From Mayamaea pseudoterrestris (taxonomy: Eukaryota), in NCBI GenBank assembly GCA_027923505.1, contig BROI01000005.1, positions 806,001 to 870,000 of the forward strand: 64,000 bases of DNA. The letters are read 5' to 3'. Position 1 is the first letter of the stretch; the number at the start of each line of letters is the position of its first letter. The notes under the pieces were generated by a model. It worked only from the letters and a program-made list of their open reading frames with translations. It ran no database searches and was not told where the DNA came from. Position numbers and translations under genes: made by a program. Below are positions 1 through 10,525 of this stretch, in pieces.

Positions 1-695
1 TTGGAGATTTGTATCATGTTGACATGTAAAGTATATAGTAAGTATCAGAGTTTGGTCGATGGTTTTGTTGTCGTCCATCAAGCAAGAAGTCTCATTGCAA
101 GCAACGGATTCGTTCGATGCACTATAGCCCTCTGTCGGTCCGGTACACGTCGGCAAGCGAGCCGGGCATGAAAACGCGCCGGCATGATGACGCGCCATTT
201 TAGCTACCTCTGCTGTCGTTTGTCACCGTCGACGGACGAAAGGCAAGTCATCATTGGGTAAAGACAGTGATGGCAAGAAAAGATGGTACTACTTATACTG
301 GTCTATCAGAAAGATAATAGTGCTGATACCCTCGACCGGGAGAGGTACAGGATGTGACAGCCAATCTTGGTTCGCTGGAGTAGACATTATTTACAATTAA
401 CTATGTCGATCGTCAAGGATCTCAATGTGAATGAGTCATTGACCTGAAGCGCGGCAGAGGTTACCAATACAATTGTTACGTCGATTCGCATCGAAAGGCA
501 TTTCGTTGCTGACCTCTATTCATCTGATGCGCTGGCGCTAAAGTGCAGCAAGGGATGCAATTTCGAAAGGCTTGCTAATCGTCCACTCCCGTAGTGCACT
601 ACGCCTAGCAGTTAAAGCAAAGATTAAATTTATGTTTATTTTGTCCATTAATCTGCTGTCATTTTCTATATAATCATTTTCTGCTTTTGCAAAAG

Positions 696-1157
696 TTACT
701 CCTTCATGCCCTTGGTCATATTTTCAATCATGAATTGAAAAATGACTTGCCATGATCCTCGGTCGTCGCGCGTCAACTTGTCGTCAAGGATCCCATCCAG
801 TGCATACATGACGGCGCGCTCCATGATTGGAAAGTATTCCGGTTGAACACCATAGGCAATGTGTCGTTTGCCAAGATCGAGCAGCTCGTATTCAATTGGC
901 TCAAGGTCCGGTCCGAGAAAGCTGACTGCCATGTCAAGCATATCCACCATGACCTTGGAGTGATGGCCAAACTTTGGATTCTCCGTAACAACTTCGGTAG
1001 CGTCAAAGCCAAACATTGTCCGGGCTTGTGGCTCAAGTGTAAAGAGGCGGGTCAAAATAGCTTCGCCGGCAACTTCCTCAAATTTGGGCGTGCGCTTGGC
1101 CTTGTCCCATGTGGTGGTGACGTTCATCACATCCGAGTAGCTTACATTGACAGTCAT
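696..1157 (-). CDS. Single-domain globin (neuroglobin/myoglobin-like), ~153 aa
   Basis: Globin motifs: TTTW (A helix), RLFTLEPQARTMF (B-C-CD1 Phe), distal His in FGHHSKVM, proximal His in LGKRHIAYGV. The first ATG (MTVNV) is at 1157; the ORF track starts earlier at a non-ATG codon. Confidence 0.9.
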   Translation of the reverse strand: MTVNVSYSDVMNVTTTWDKAKRTPKFEEVAGEAILTRLFTLEPQARTMFGFDATEVVTENPKFGHHSKVMVDMLDMAVSFLGPDLEPIEYELLDLGKRHIAYGVQPEYFPIMERAVMYALDGILDDKLTRDDRGSWQVIFQFMIENMTKGMKE

Positions 1158-1632
1158 GGTTGTCGTTGGTGTTCTTTGCTTGTTTGAATGACAGAGGCGA
1201 TGATGATGATCGATTGTCCGACGAGATTGTGAGGGGTGACTGCGACTGCTGGTGATCAATGATGTTGAGGATTGATGAGTGGCGACGCGCGCCAAGACGT
1301 CGCTGATTCCTCGGACATCTTAGGAGCCTTCTCTTTTCTTAAGTTCGGCCGACGAGACGTTGAAGTGCTCAAGGGCAATAATAAATTTGTCATTATGTCA
1401 CTGGATAGCAGTATCAATACTCCGAATGTCCATTGATATTCTCGACCCTTCGGATAGGCGTCTCGCGGGATTGATGTGCCAGCCGACGAAAGATCCACTT
1501 AAAATGTCTCAGCACCATTGATATCCACAAAAGAACATCTTCCATCCATCTGCATCGCACTGGCGGCAGTCCATCAATGGCTCCTTGGCGGCAGACTCGT
1601 CATTGCGCTTCTAGCAACGAGCCAACGCAAGC

Positions 1633-3024
1633 ATGAATTTCATGCCATATGATAAGGCTGATGGAACGAGTGAAATAACTAATTTTGATCCAAGCGCCAC
1701 TGATTGCGCCAGCCTCGGTGAACTCGTTCGATTCATGGCAGTCGAGCAACCCGTCTTGTCGTATGACGCCTACTACGAGTTGGGTGAAGAGGAGGACGAC
1801 TGGTTTGAAGGACCTTTTGAAGAGATTCAGCCGATCAATCCCTTGATAGCTCACGACAGAGTGCTGGTGGAACTGGAAGACGCTCCTGAAATATTACAAG
1901 CTGTGAAAGACTGCGGCTTCGCACTTTGCGATGCTCGAAAGAGCATTCGACTTCTTACGCAATATCCGCAAATTCTGCATGGTCCGCGACTTTTGGTCAT
2001 GACCAAGTTAATCCAAGGCTTGAGCAAGGCATCAATGATGCAGGAGCTATGGTGGTACAAGCAATCCGTCTACAAGCACCCACTGACGCTGCAGATTGCA
2101 AACACCTTTCGCATTATGAGTCCTTTAGAGCGTGAAGATGGAATCGAGTTTGATTGCATGGCTACGTTGGCGCGTCATCACTGCTTCCTTTGGCATTTAC
2201 ATGAGCGAGACGGGCGTCGCCGCTTGATGCAAACGGCGGGGGTGAAAGCGATTGAATGTATGGATGCTTGTATTGTAATTGAAGAAGCTTCGGACGAAAA
2301 CAAAGGCAAAATGCTTTTAGTCAAGGGTTGCTTCTTGCTCACCAAGGGAGACAAACAAGCAGGAATGGAGCTACTCAAGCGAGCACTGGAGGTGAACGAG
2401 AGCGAAAATCACGTGGCGCATCACTTCTTGGGAACAATTTACCTTCTGGACATCCATCAAGGTAGTATTGAAGACGCTCATGAATATTGCTTATCCTGCA
2501 TTCACCATTACAAGCGATTTCTGGATCTTGCTTTGGAAGGAGATAGATACAGTCATCGAGCAGCCGTGACTCTGTCATCGCTCCTTGTGTTTCAACATGT
2601 GCCGGAAGGAACCAAGTCGTTGGATTCGGCCACACTCGAGTCGATTGTAAGCGAACACCCCGACTTTCCAGCCGAAGCATTCCGGTACTATAAAATAGGT
2701 GTTAAAGCGGCCGAATTCAACGAAGCTTGCTATGGTCTTGACGCGGGTCCATTTCGATTGCAGTATAAGAAGGCTGCTTCCCTCATGGCGTCACTCTACA
2801 CGCTTGGTTATATTTCCGAAGTACCGCCAGCGGCTTTTATTTGCGCGTGGAAGGATTGTGATCGATACTATGGTGGAGTAGCCTTGTCGTTTTGCTCCAA
2901 ATGCCAAAGCATCAAATATTGCAGCCGAAAGTGTCAAAAGGAGGACTGGAAGTATGGTGGTCACAAGGAGGAATGTCCGAGACTCAAGGCGCTGCGCGAA
3001 TCGAAAGGCACGACAGGCATTTGA
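1633..3024 (+). CDS. TPR-like helical protein with C-terminal MYND zinc finger
   Basis: C-terminal CAWKDC...CSKCQSIKYCSRKCQKEDW...HKEEC is the MYND pattern; central TPR-like helices (LLKRALEVNESENHVAHHFLG). Confidence 0.85.
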   Translation: MNFMPYDKADGTSEITNFDPSATDCASLGELVRFMAVEQPVLSYDAYYELGEEEDDWFEGPFEEIQPINPLIAHDRVLVELEDAPEILQAVKDCGFALCDARKSIRLLTQYPQILHGPRLLVMTKLIQGLSKASMMQELWWYKQSVYKHPLTLQIANTFRIMSPLEREDGIEFDCMATLARHHCFLWHLHERDGRRRLMQTAGVKAIECMDACIVIEEASDENKGKMLLVKGCFLLTKGDKQAGMELLKRALEVNESENHVAHHFLGTIYLLDIHQGSIEDAHEYCLSCIHHYKRFLDLALEGDRYSHRAAVTLSSLLVFQHVPEGTKSLDSATLESIVSEHPDFPAEAFRYYKIGVKAAEFNEACYGLDAGPFRLQYKKAASLMASLYTLGYISEVPPAAFICAWKDCDRYYGGVALSFCSKCQSIKYCSRKCQKEDWKYGGHKEECPRLKALRESKGTTGI

Positions 3025-3376
3025 TGATATGGACCACCAGCGACGTTGTAACCATTTTGTTTATTTTTGCTGGCTCGCGGCGTATACGACATACGCCAAG
3101 TCCTTAACGATATAAGATGACCGAGTTGTGTATGGAGTCTGTGCCATTCTCTTTAAGGGTTTCATACTGCTTGTGCTACCGGAGCCCGTACGTTACGTCG
3201 GCAATCATTCAAAAAAATCGGCAGAGCTAAATGTCGCACCGCCATGAGACCGTTTCGTGCAATTGTGAAACGCGAACGACTGGCAATTTGTCATTTCATC
3301 TTAACGTGGAACTCTGTAAGCCTCCCAGTGATTAGTTGCTTCCCGCAGATCGACTGAATAATCAAAAGGTGTAAAC

Positions 3377-4664
3377 ATGGATGATTTTTCGGCCGCGAAA
3401 GATATAGATAAGAATGAAGCCACTGGACTTGATATTCGACTCCTTCCGGAAAATCTCGTTGAGCTTGTGGGTCTTTTGCCGAGCACTACAGCGCCAGACG
3501 AAGAGAGTGAGAACGGTGTTGACAATGCTTTGAACTGGTCAAAAGATTTTATAAGACCCGACGTTCTTAAGCTCACTCACCGCACTCCAACTTACGAAAA
3601 TTTCAAGCTTTGCGGTAGACTCTTGGCCCAGGCGCGCTCTTGCATCTACTACATGAAACACCAACCAAATGATCAGCAGAGCGATCTCTACAAAGCTAAG
3701 ACGAAAGACCTTATTATTTGTCTCAGCAAAGCCGCGAGAATGTCCTCGCTTAAATGGTTTCGAGTGCACATATATTCTCACCGTGTTGTCCACGACACTG
3801 TTCGGGAATGGCTGACCATGGCTTTGAGCGGGTCATGTCGAGACACGACAAGAGTCTATGACTGCTTGGTCATCACGTGGCGACATTTCATGCTGGCTTC
3901 TACTGGGGCGCAAGATCTAAACGAACAAGCTGAGATAATCGCAATCGCGCTTAAATTTTTAGACGCATGCATTCAGGTTGAAGAGGCATCCAATGCATCT
4001 GATGGTTCCTTGTATCTCCTCAAAGCTTGCTATCTGCAAACCGGCGAGCACACTGATGCTGATGTAGTTCTACTTTCGAAGCGAGCGTTGGAATTAAATG
4101 AGCAGGTCAACTTTGAAGCACATTACTTGATTGGATCTGCTTACGGCCAGTCGCAGCAGCAAAGGCACGCTGCCATTCCTCACTTTGAGCGCCTTTTAAA
4201 CTTGGCACCAACAGGATATTGGAATACACATTTGACGGCAATCACTCTGTCCTGGATGCTTGTTGAAAAGTATATCCATGAAGGCGGGCTCGATACACGC
4301 GAGTTTTTGATCATTGCAGAACATTTCCCTCAATACCCAGAGGAAGCGTTACGATACTACAAGCATGGCGTTGCAGTAGGTTGCCTCCATGGGATGTTGT
4401 GACAACTATTTGAAACATGTACTCAGCTTGGCAAATGAACACATATTTTTGCTGTATAAAAGTGGACTCATTGCCGAACGACCGATCAACCCTTTTGTTT
4501 GTGATTACGCACAATGTGAAAACAATTATTGCTGGAAGCTTTTGTTCTGGTGCTCGCGTTGCAAGTGTCGTTCATATTGCTGCAAGGCGTGTCAGAAGCA
4601 AGATTGGAAGCTGGACCACAAGGAGGAATGTGCCAGTATGGTGGTCAATGCTCAGGTCGACTAG
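3377..4664 (+). pseudogene. Tandem paralogue of the MYND protein, frameshifted near 4385-4400 (pseudogene or sequence error)
   Basis: ORF 3377-4402 aligns with the 1633-3024 protein (LSKA, DACI, KRALE, EALRYYK). The MYND finger (CSRCKCRSYCCKACQKQDW...HKEEC) lies in another frame (4389-4664), and the overlap leaves no room for an intron. Confidence 0.75.
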
Positions 4665-4743
4665 CAGACTTATTACGAGTAATACATTGCTGCATACTAT
4701 TTATCTATTCTATACCTTTCTTGTTTGTCAACCTTCTTCTCCT

Positions 4744-5904
4744 TCAACATTGCGAGCAGACCTCTTGATAATAAGCCGTCACATCCTCGCCCGGGACATC
4801 TTGATTATCCCACTCCCATGCCATGCGGTAAAACGTACTTGTCGCCGACTCGAGTCGCGCCGCATACACCATTGTCGTGTTTTGCGCATTGTCACTAAAT
4901 CGCTCGTGGTTGCAGAACCATCGCTCGCACGGATCGCGATCAATCGAGTCAGGATTGTCAGTTCGCGTTGCCGACGGCTCCATAAAGTGCCAAGCACCCT
5001 CATGGTAGACCTCCACCCAATTGTGATTGCCAGCCGAGCGATTCTGGTACCAGGCGGGCGTTCCAACGACGCGCGCTGGTATACCAAAGGTTCGAAGTGC
5101 ATTGACAAACAGTATGGCAAGACCCGTGCAACTCGCATAGCCAAAGGACAAGACGGACATGGTATCAAAGATGAGTGGCGTTGAACCGCCGACAAAGGTG
5201 ATGGAGTCAACATGGCGCGGGGCGAGCAGCGTCCACATGTGCGTATTCAACGTTAATACGGCTTGTGGAAGCGTCTTGATCATGGCGTTCGTAGCAATAT
5301 CGTTGCTATCAGCAGTCGTTGTATTTTCTACTGCAAACAGACTCTGCAACTCGGTAAATAGCAATGGTCGCCAGTTGGATCTCGCCTCGTTAACATTGGC
5401 ATAGTTGAGCACATACTCGTAGTAAATGGATCTCGGACGAACATTGTCGGCCCAAGGATAGTCTTGCTTGACTTTTAGAGCGTAATCAATCGTCGGACCA
5501 ACCAAGCCACCGCTCAATCCATCCGGAAGATTACTGGAGTCATTGTCACTATCTATGAATCCAAGCGTCGATCGAAAGGGCTTGTCAAAGGCCATAATGT
5601 GTCGTTCCAAGTACTTGTAGGCGGACGCTTGAGCCTCTTGCAATGTTTCGTAGCAGCAATCACCGTCGTCCCCGTGGGAGCTTTTATTCACTGTTTGATA
5701 CGATGTCAATCGTCGTATTTGCCGATAGGTACTTGTGAAAGTTGCTTCTGCAGCGTTAGCCTCCCTCCTGAGCAGGTTGCTGCATTTCTCGTTCCAAGCA
5801 ATATGCGTCTCGTTGCTGCGACAGGTTATTGCAGCGGCACAAGAAGCAACCAGAGATGCAATGAGACATAAATCGACTAATTTGCATGTTGAAAAACCTG
5901 TCAT
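4744..5904 (-). CDS. Secreted transglutaminase-like cysteine protease/acyltransferase domain protein
   Basis: Hydrophobic N-terminus (LVDLCLIASLVASCAAA); core ASCTGLAILFVNALRTFGIPARVVG...HNWVEVY...WHFMEP. ATG at 5904. Confidence 0.85.
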   Translation of the reverse strand: MTGFSTCKLVDLCLIASLVASCAAAITCRSNETHIAWNEKCSNLLRREANAAEATFTSTYRQIRRLTSYQTVNKSSHGDDGDCCYETLQEAQASAYKYLERHIMAFDKPFRSTLGFIDSDNDSSNLPDGLSGGLVGPTIDYALKVKQDYPWADNVRPRSIYYEYVLNYANVNEARSNWRPLLFTELQSLFAVENTTTADSNDIATNAMIKTLPQAVLTLNTHMWTLLAPRHVDSITFVGGSTPLIFDTMSVLSFGYASCTGLAILFVNALRTFGIPARVVGTPAWYQNRSAGNHNWVEVYHEGAWHFMEPSATRTDNPDSIDRDPCERWFCNHERFSDNAQNTTMVYAARLESATSTFYRMAWEWDNQDVPGEDVTAYYQEVCSQC

Positions 5905-6225
5905 TGTTGGGTAAGCTTTAAAAGGTTGTGCGGAATCCACAAAGCTACCTAGAAAGCCATGGTCGTGCGATGCTGCGCTGATCGCGGTCGCCGCGCCGAT
6001 TCGTGTCGCACCGCAACAAACAATGGAGCACGATTCAGTAGGTACCGCTCCGACGGGCTTGTGGGACTCGGATCGCCATCACCATGAGCGACAAGAAACG
6101 GACAAGTCGAATCACCGCGCCAGTCACTGCCGCCATGATGATGCTCACAACATTGAAACCGCCATTTCGACACTGCAGTTTTAGCTGTTGTAACACATTC
6201 CAAGGCTACAGCAGCAGCTGCAAGC

Positions 6226-8229
6226 ATGCTGGTGGCTCTGTCGCGGCTCCTCCTGACGTCATGTTTGGTGCCAATCCACGACGAGAATGCATGGGGGACG
6301 CTGCTTCCAGTTTACGACAATCAGCAGCAACTTGCATGCGACCCCATCCAGGGCTTGAGAGTAGCAAAGGGTGACACTGCTGGTCCCATGCTGCAGAGTA
6401 CGAAAACACTTGGAAATTGGTCGAAAGCAGCGCCAGATGTTGACGCTGCTTCAGCAATCACGTCATCCAACATTGCCATGGAAGTTTGGATGACGCTTCC
6501 TCCGGCAAAAGACGACAGCGCTGATGACGAGCAAGAAACGATATTGACCATTGGCGGTCCGGCTGTTTCTCCTTCGACCTACCATGATCAAGGTGGCAAT
6601 ATTAACGACGACGACGATTACTGCAATCCCAACACTGACGTTGAGCTTTCCATTTACCAAAGACACTTGCTGCTGCGATTTCGATCAAGCAACGAAAACT
6701 CGCCTTCAACCTGCAGCACTCTGTACGTTTCCAGCGTTGACTTGGAGCCGAGGCAGCTCACGCAGTTTGTTGTCGTGTGGAGCAGCAGCAGCGAGTCGAC
6801 AACTGCCAACAACAATTCGCAGCAGCTATACCTTTCTATCTACATGAACGGAGCAGCAATATATGAACATGTTCTGGTCAATGCAGCGTCCGCCGCAACG
6901 TGGGCGGAAATCTGGAAACCAAGTAGTGTCTTGTGGCTGTTTGGAAATCCAATGCATCAGCAACCGTTCCGCGGCTCGCTGGCGCAAGTGACCATGTATT
7001 CTGGAAATGACAGCAACCAGCAGCACAGTGCGTGGGTGAATGAGCTGTATCAGACTGGAGTGGTGCGAACTGATCCACTCGTTCTACAAGCGGCACCAGC
7101 ACGAGTGGTTGCCTTGGATCAAGGTTCCGTCGAGCCTGTGGAGATTGCCATTGCAACGAGAAACGTTTCGCAATCATGGTTTCGCATTTCCGCAGAGCTG
7201 CTGACCGTGCCAATGCACGGTACGCTGCAGGGACCGCAAGGCTTGCTGGCGGTGGGTGATACTCTGGCGTTTCCGATTAGCGAGGGGGCAGTCAACAGTA
7301 CGGATGCTTTGCAATTGCAACTGAAGTATACACTTGATTCTTTGGCAGTCGACTATTTCAATACACCGAATACTGAAGCATATGGTAACAATCTTCAGAT
7401 GGCGCCGGAGAGTTTTAGCTATCGTTTGGTGGCTCATGACGCGGTGGGTCGCGAATTGGCGATTTCGCCAACAGTCCGTCAATTTATTTCAATTGTTCAT
7501 GTCAATCACAAGCCAGCCTTGATAGGACCGACCGCGGTCGATGCCGGCTCTTATAAGAGCAATAGCAACACTGCCATCATCACTGGTATTCTACTACATG
7601 ACAATGACTACAATATTGATCGAGTCCGAGTTGACGTTTGGGCCGATGCTGGATACTTGACTCTGGCAGCAAACACTGTTGAGTTGGCAGACTTTGACTC
7701 TTGCCGCGGACGAACCTACTCGCCGTGGCAGTGTATGGGAGACGGCTTGCGCAATCGGAACATGACGTTTATAGCCATCCCAAACGATGTCAATGCGATT
7801 CTAAATCACATGACTTATGAAGCCATGACGACGGACACTGCGGATGAGATTGTCATTCGCGTCTCGGATGGAGAAGGAGAAGCTTGTTTGAGCGCTGACG
7901 AGCAAATGAAATACACGGACGAGTTTGGTAGACCTGTGACAAGTAGACGACGAGAGTGCTTTCAGGTTGAGTGGCGAATAAGTGTTCCGCCCATTCAATT
8001 TGACTCTGGTCAAGATTCGTCGACGTCGACTCGAGGATTTTTTGGTACCAGGCTGAACACGGCACGATTGATCTTTTGGTTACTTGTGTTTGGATTTATG
8101 ATATGTTTTGGATGCTGCCTGCGCCGTTGCCCGAGATACTTGGCTCGCGGTGGAAAAGTTCACGTTGATGGTGATGATGACGAGTCGGTGGATCAGGAAG
8201 GCGGACACGCAAGGCAAGCTAGTTTCTAA
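6226..8229 (+). CDS. Single-pass surface protein with LamG/concanavalin-like beta domain and cadherin/Ig-like region
   Basis: 667-aa ORF; LamG-like motifs (MEVWM, LSIYMNG, FRGSLAQVTMY), VNHKP Ig-like junction, C-terminal TM (LIFWLLVFGFMICFGCCL) and a short cytosolic tail. The true start may lie upstream. Confidence 0.7.
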   Translation: MLVALSRLLLTSCLVPIHDENAWGTLLPVYDNQQQLACDPIQGLRVAKGDTAGPMLQSTKTLGNWSKAAPDVDAASAITSSNIAMEVWMTLPPAKDDSADDEQETILTIGGPAVSPSTYHDQGGNINDDDDYCNPNTDVELSIYQRHLLLRFRSSNENSPSTCSTLYVSSVDLEPRQLTQFVVVWSSSSESTTANNNSQQLYLSIYMNGAAIYEHVLVNAASAATWAEIWKPSSVLWLFGNPMHQQPFRGSLAQVTMYSGNDSNQQHSAWVNELYQTGVVRTDPLVLQAAPARVVALDQGSVEPVEIAIATRNVSQSWFRISAELLTVPMHGTLQGPQGLLAVGDTLAFPISEGAVNSTDALQLQLKYTLDSLAVDYFNTPNTEAYGNNLQMAPESFSYRLVAHDAVGRELAISPTVRQFISIVHVNHKPALIGPTAVDAGSYKSNSNTAIITGILLHDNDYNIDRVRVDVWADAGYLTLAANTVELADFDSCRGRTYSPWQCMGDGLRNRNMTFIAIPNDVNAILNHMTYEAMTTDTADEIVIRVSDGEGEACLSADEQMKYTDEFGRPVTSRRRECFQVEWRISVPPIQFDSGQDSSTSTRGFFGTRLNTARLIFWLLVFGFMICFGCCLRRCPRYLARGGKVHVDGDDDESVDQEGGHARQASF

Positions 8230-8351
8230 ATGTACTATGTGCAGTTGCATATGAACTATTTGAATTTGAATTAAGTTTAATTGTTTAATTGATGTTACGT
8301 TAAATGCACGATTTTATGATGTTATCATACGAGATGAGACAATTCGTCCAC

Positions 8352-10037
8352 TCAAAATCCGAACCTGCCGCCGCTGCCGCCTCCTCTTCCGCCACCAGAA
8401 TATGGCTCATTCAGCGGTCCCAAATCTTCTGCGGCCCCGTAAGAATCGTAGCTTGGGTCATACTCAACATCATATGGTGCGTCCGTCGCTCTTGGTGGTG
8501 GCCGATAGATTTCATTTAAATCCGCTCTTTCAATCGTTCCATAGGCATCCGCTGGAACTATAGCTCCATCCGTCGCCCGATAAGGGTCATATGCGCCATT
8601 CGGATACGCCGCACCATCGGTAGCGCTGTAGCTCTTGCCTCGCGGCCCGTCGGCATTGTCATATGCTCTTGCTCCGTTTCTACCATTGTTGTACGCCTGC
8701 GGACGTGCGCCATTTGGTGCTACGGGGGTTTTATAATTGTCGCTGGTCTCTCGGACTCGGTACAAAAAGGCGTTTGTCGGGTAAATGTCGTTTGGGTCGT
8801 TGTTTCTGTTCATCGCCCGGTTGTTCATTCTGTAAACATCGTTTGGGTCTCGAGAACCATTAACATACTCACTCCTGGCGCCATTCATTTCGCCACCGGC
8901 TCCAATAATGTCGTTCGGATCCATTGAGTTTTGCTTATGATCGAATTCGTGAATTGGTCTGGGAGCATGCGGCTTCTCCTTGACCACTTCGGGTTCATCC
9001 AATGTATACAAGTCGTAGATTGTGTGCAGCTCCTCAATATATTCCCGAAAGTCAACCTGCAGCCGATTCATGTCACCCGTCTTTGGGTCAAATACGCAGG
9101 CATGTATGCGAGGAGTCGTATAGTCGAGTGCCTTTGGGTCCGTCTGCGGTTTGGATCGTTCCTGAAAGGTTTCCACTCGCTGCCGCTGCACCACGCCCGT
9201 TTTGAACAAGTTGATGCACTGTTCAATCACGTTGAGCTCCACGAGTCGACGGTGTCGCTGCTCCGGATCGGAAATGGAATCAAGTTCAGTGCGATGAAGA
9301 CGATAACTGCGACATGGTAGAAAGTGAAACAGCATATGAGCCACGAGGAAACGTCGTGTGTTGTTCTTTGACGCCTTTGTCACTTACACATCCCGAATGT
9401 TTCGCAACCAATTCTCCAGCGGCGGCCCATGATCCTTTCGCATCATGGACGCCCGCACGCCTCCACAGTCATAGTGCCCGCAAACGATAATATGCGGAAC
9501 TTTCAAGACGCTCACGGCGTACTGAAGACCCGACATTAAATTAAAATCGGTGTTGACCACCATGTTTGCCACGTTTCGTAGCACAAAGACCGTTCCGGCG
9601 TCTTCGCCCATGATTTCGTTCGCTGGTACTCGAGCATCAGCGCAGCCTAATGATATGTAAAGAATTGGAATTGTTAGCGAGCATGTTCATCTTAAACAGT
9701 CAGCTTAGCAGTCATCAATTTGTCTTCGCAGCAACGCACCAATCCACAAGTACTTTGGCGCATGACCGCTTCCAAGCTTGTCGAAGAACTCGTGATCCTC
9801 GGCCAGTTTTCCATACTTCCATCGCTTGTTGGCTTCAAAAATGTTGGAAATGAATCGATCCGGCTTGCCCGTCCAGCCAAAGGAGGTAGGGCCGAGTGCC
9901 GTTGTACTGCGGCTGCTGCATGATGTTTGTTGGTGAAATTGTGAATTAGCAAACTGCCTCGGCTGGAAAGCTAGAGATTCGCCACTAAGTAGCGATATTA
10001 TCAGTATTATGCTTGATATGGATTGGGTAATGGTCAT
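8352..10037 (-). CDS. Plastid-targeted beta-carbonic anhydrase with long C-terminal extension; exons 10037-9740, 9646-9388, 9306-8352 (503 aa)
   Basis: Splicing two GT-AG introns (9739-9647, 9387-9307) restores YLWIG-CADARVP...RNVAN...CGHYDCGG...RDV-YRLH, which contains the beta-CA Zn ligands Cys/His/Cys and the Asp-Arg dyad. Signal peptide followed by SLA-FQP. Confidence 0.95.
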
Positions 10038-10316
10038 ATTGGTAAGCGTTGCAGCAAAAGAGTGAATATAGTGCTGGAGGGAGGGAAATATCAAATGTTC
10101 TTTCGAAACGAGGGCACTCGACAAGCCAATTCTGCGCTTCGCCAAAAGACTTTCTGTCTGTAGAGCAATCTACTAAGACAAGGTACTAGGCAATAGCACG
10201 CTGTTCAATAAGTGTAGCGCAAGTGAGTCGGGGTTTGTTCTATGGGCGTCGGTTAAAAGAGGCAAGTTTGCTTCGTCGTCGTCGACTGGTGCTGTGTCGA
10301 CGAAGTGATGATCGCG

Positions 10317-10384
10317 ACGTCAGTCAATCAGTACTGGTGCGACTTTCTGTCGAACTATGCTGTCGCAGCGCAATCGATTGACGT
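10317..10384. promoter_or_regulatory. Two bZIP/CCRE-type cores (ACGTCA 10317-10322, TGACGT 10379-10384) in the beta-CA / BTB divergent promoter
   Basis: The hexamers are seen directly and match the CO2/cAMP-responsive element cores described for the Phaeodactylum ptca1 promoter. Short motifs can occur by chance. Confidence 0.35.
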
Positions 10385-10525
10385 TCCGCGAGCTGCCCCA
10401 CGGATGGTCCGTGCAGCTGGTTTGTACATTAACAATCATAGTTAAGACTTTTGTCGATCGCCCGAGAGTGGTCAGGCGCATCGCGCGTCGCGTCGACTCT
10501 CACATTCGCTTCTGCTTTTCGCACC

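Noticed and set aside
4417..5184. 255-aa plus-strand ORF
   Set aside because: Overlaps the MYND tail out of frame and is antisense to the transglutaminase gene; no recognisable motifs.
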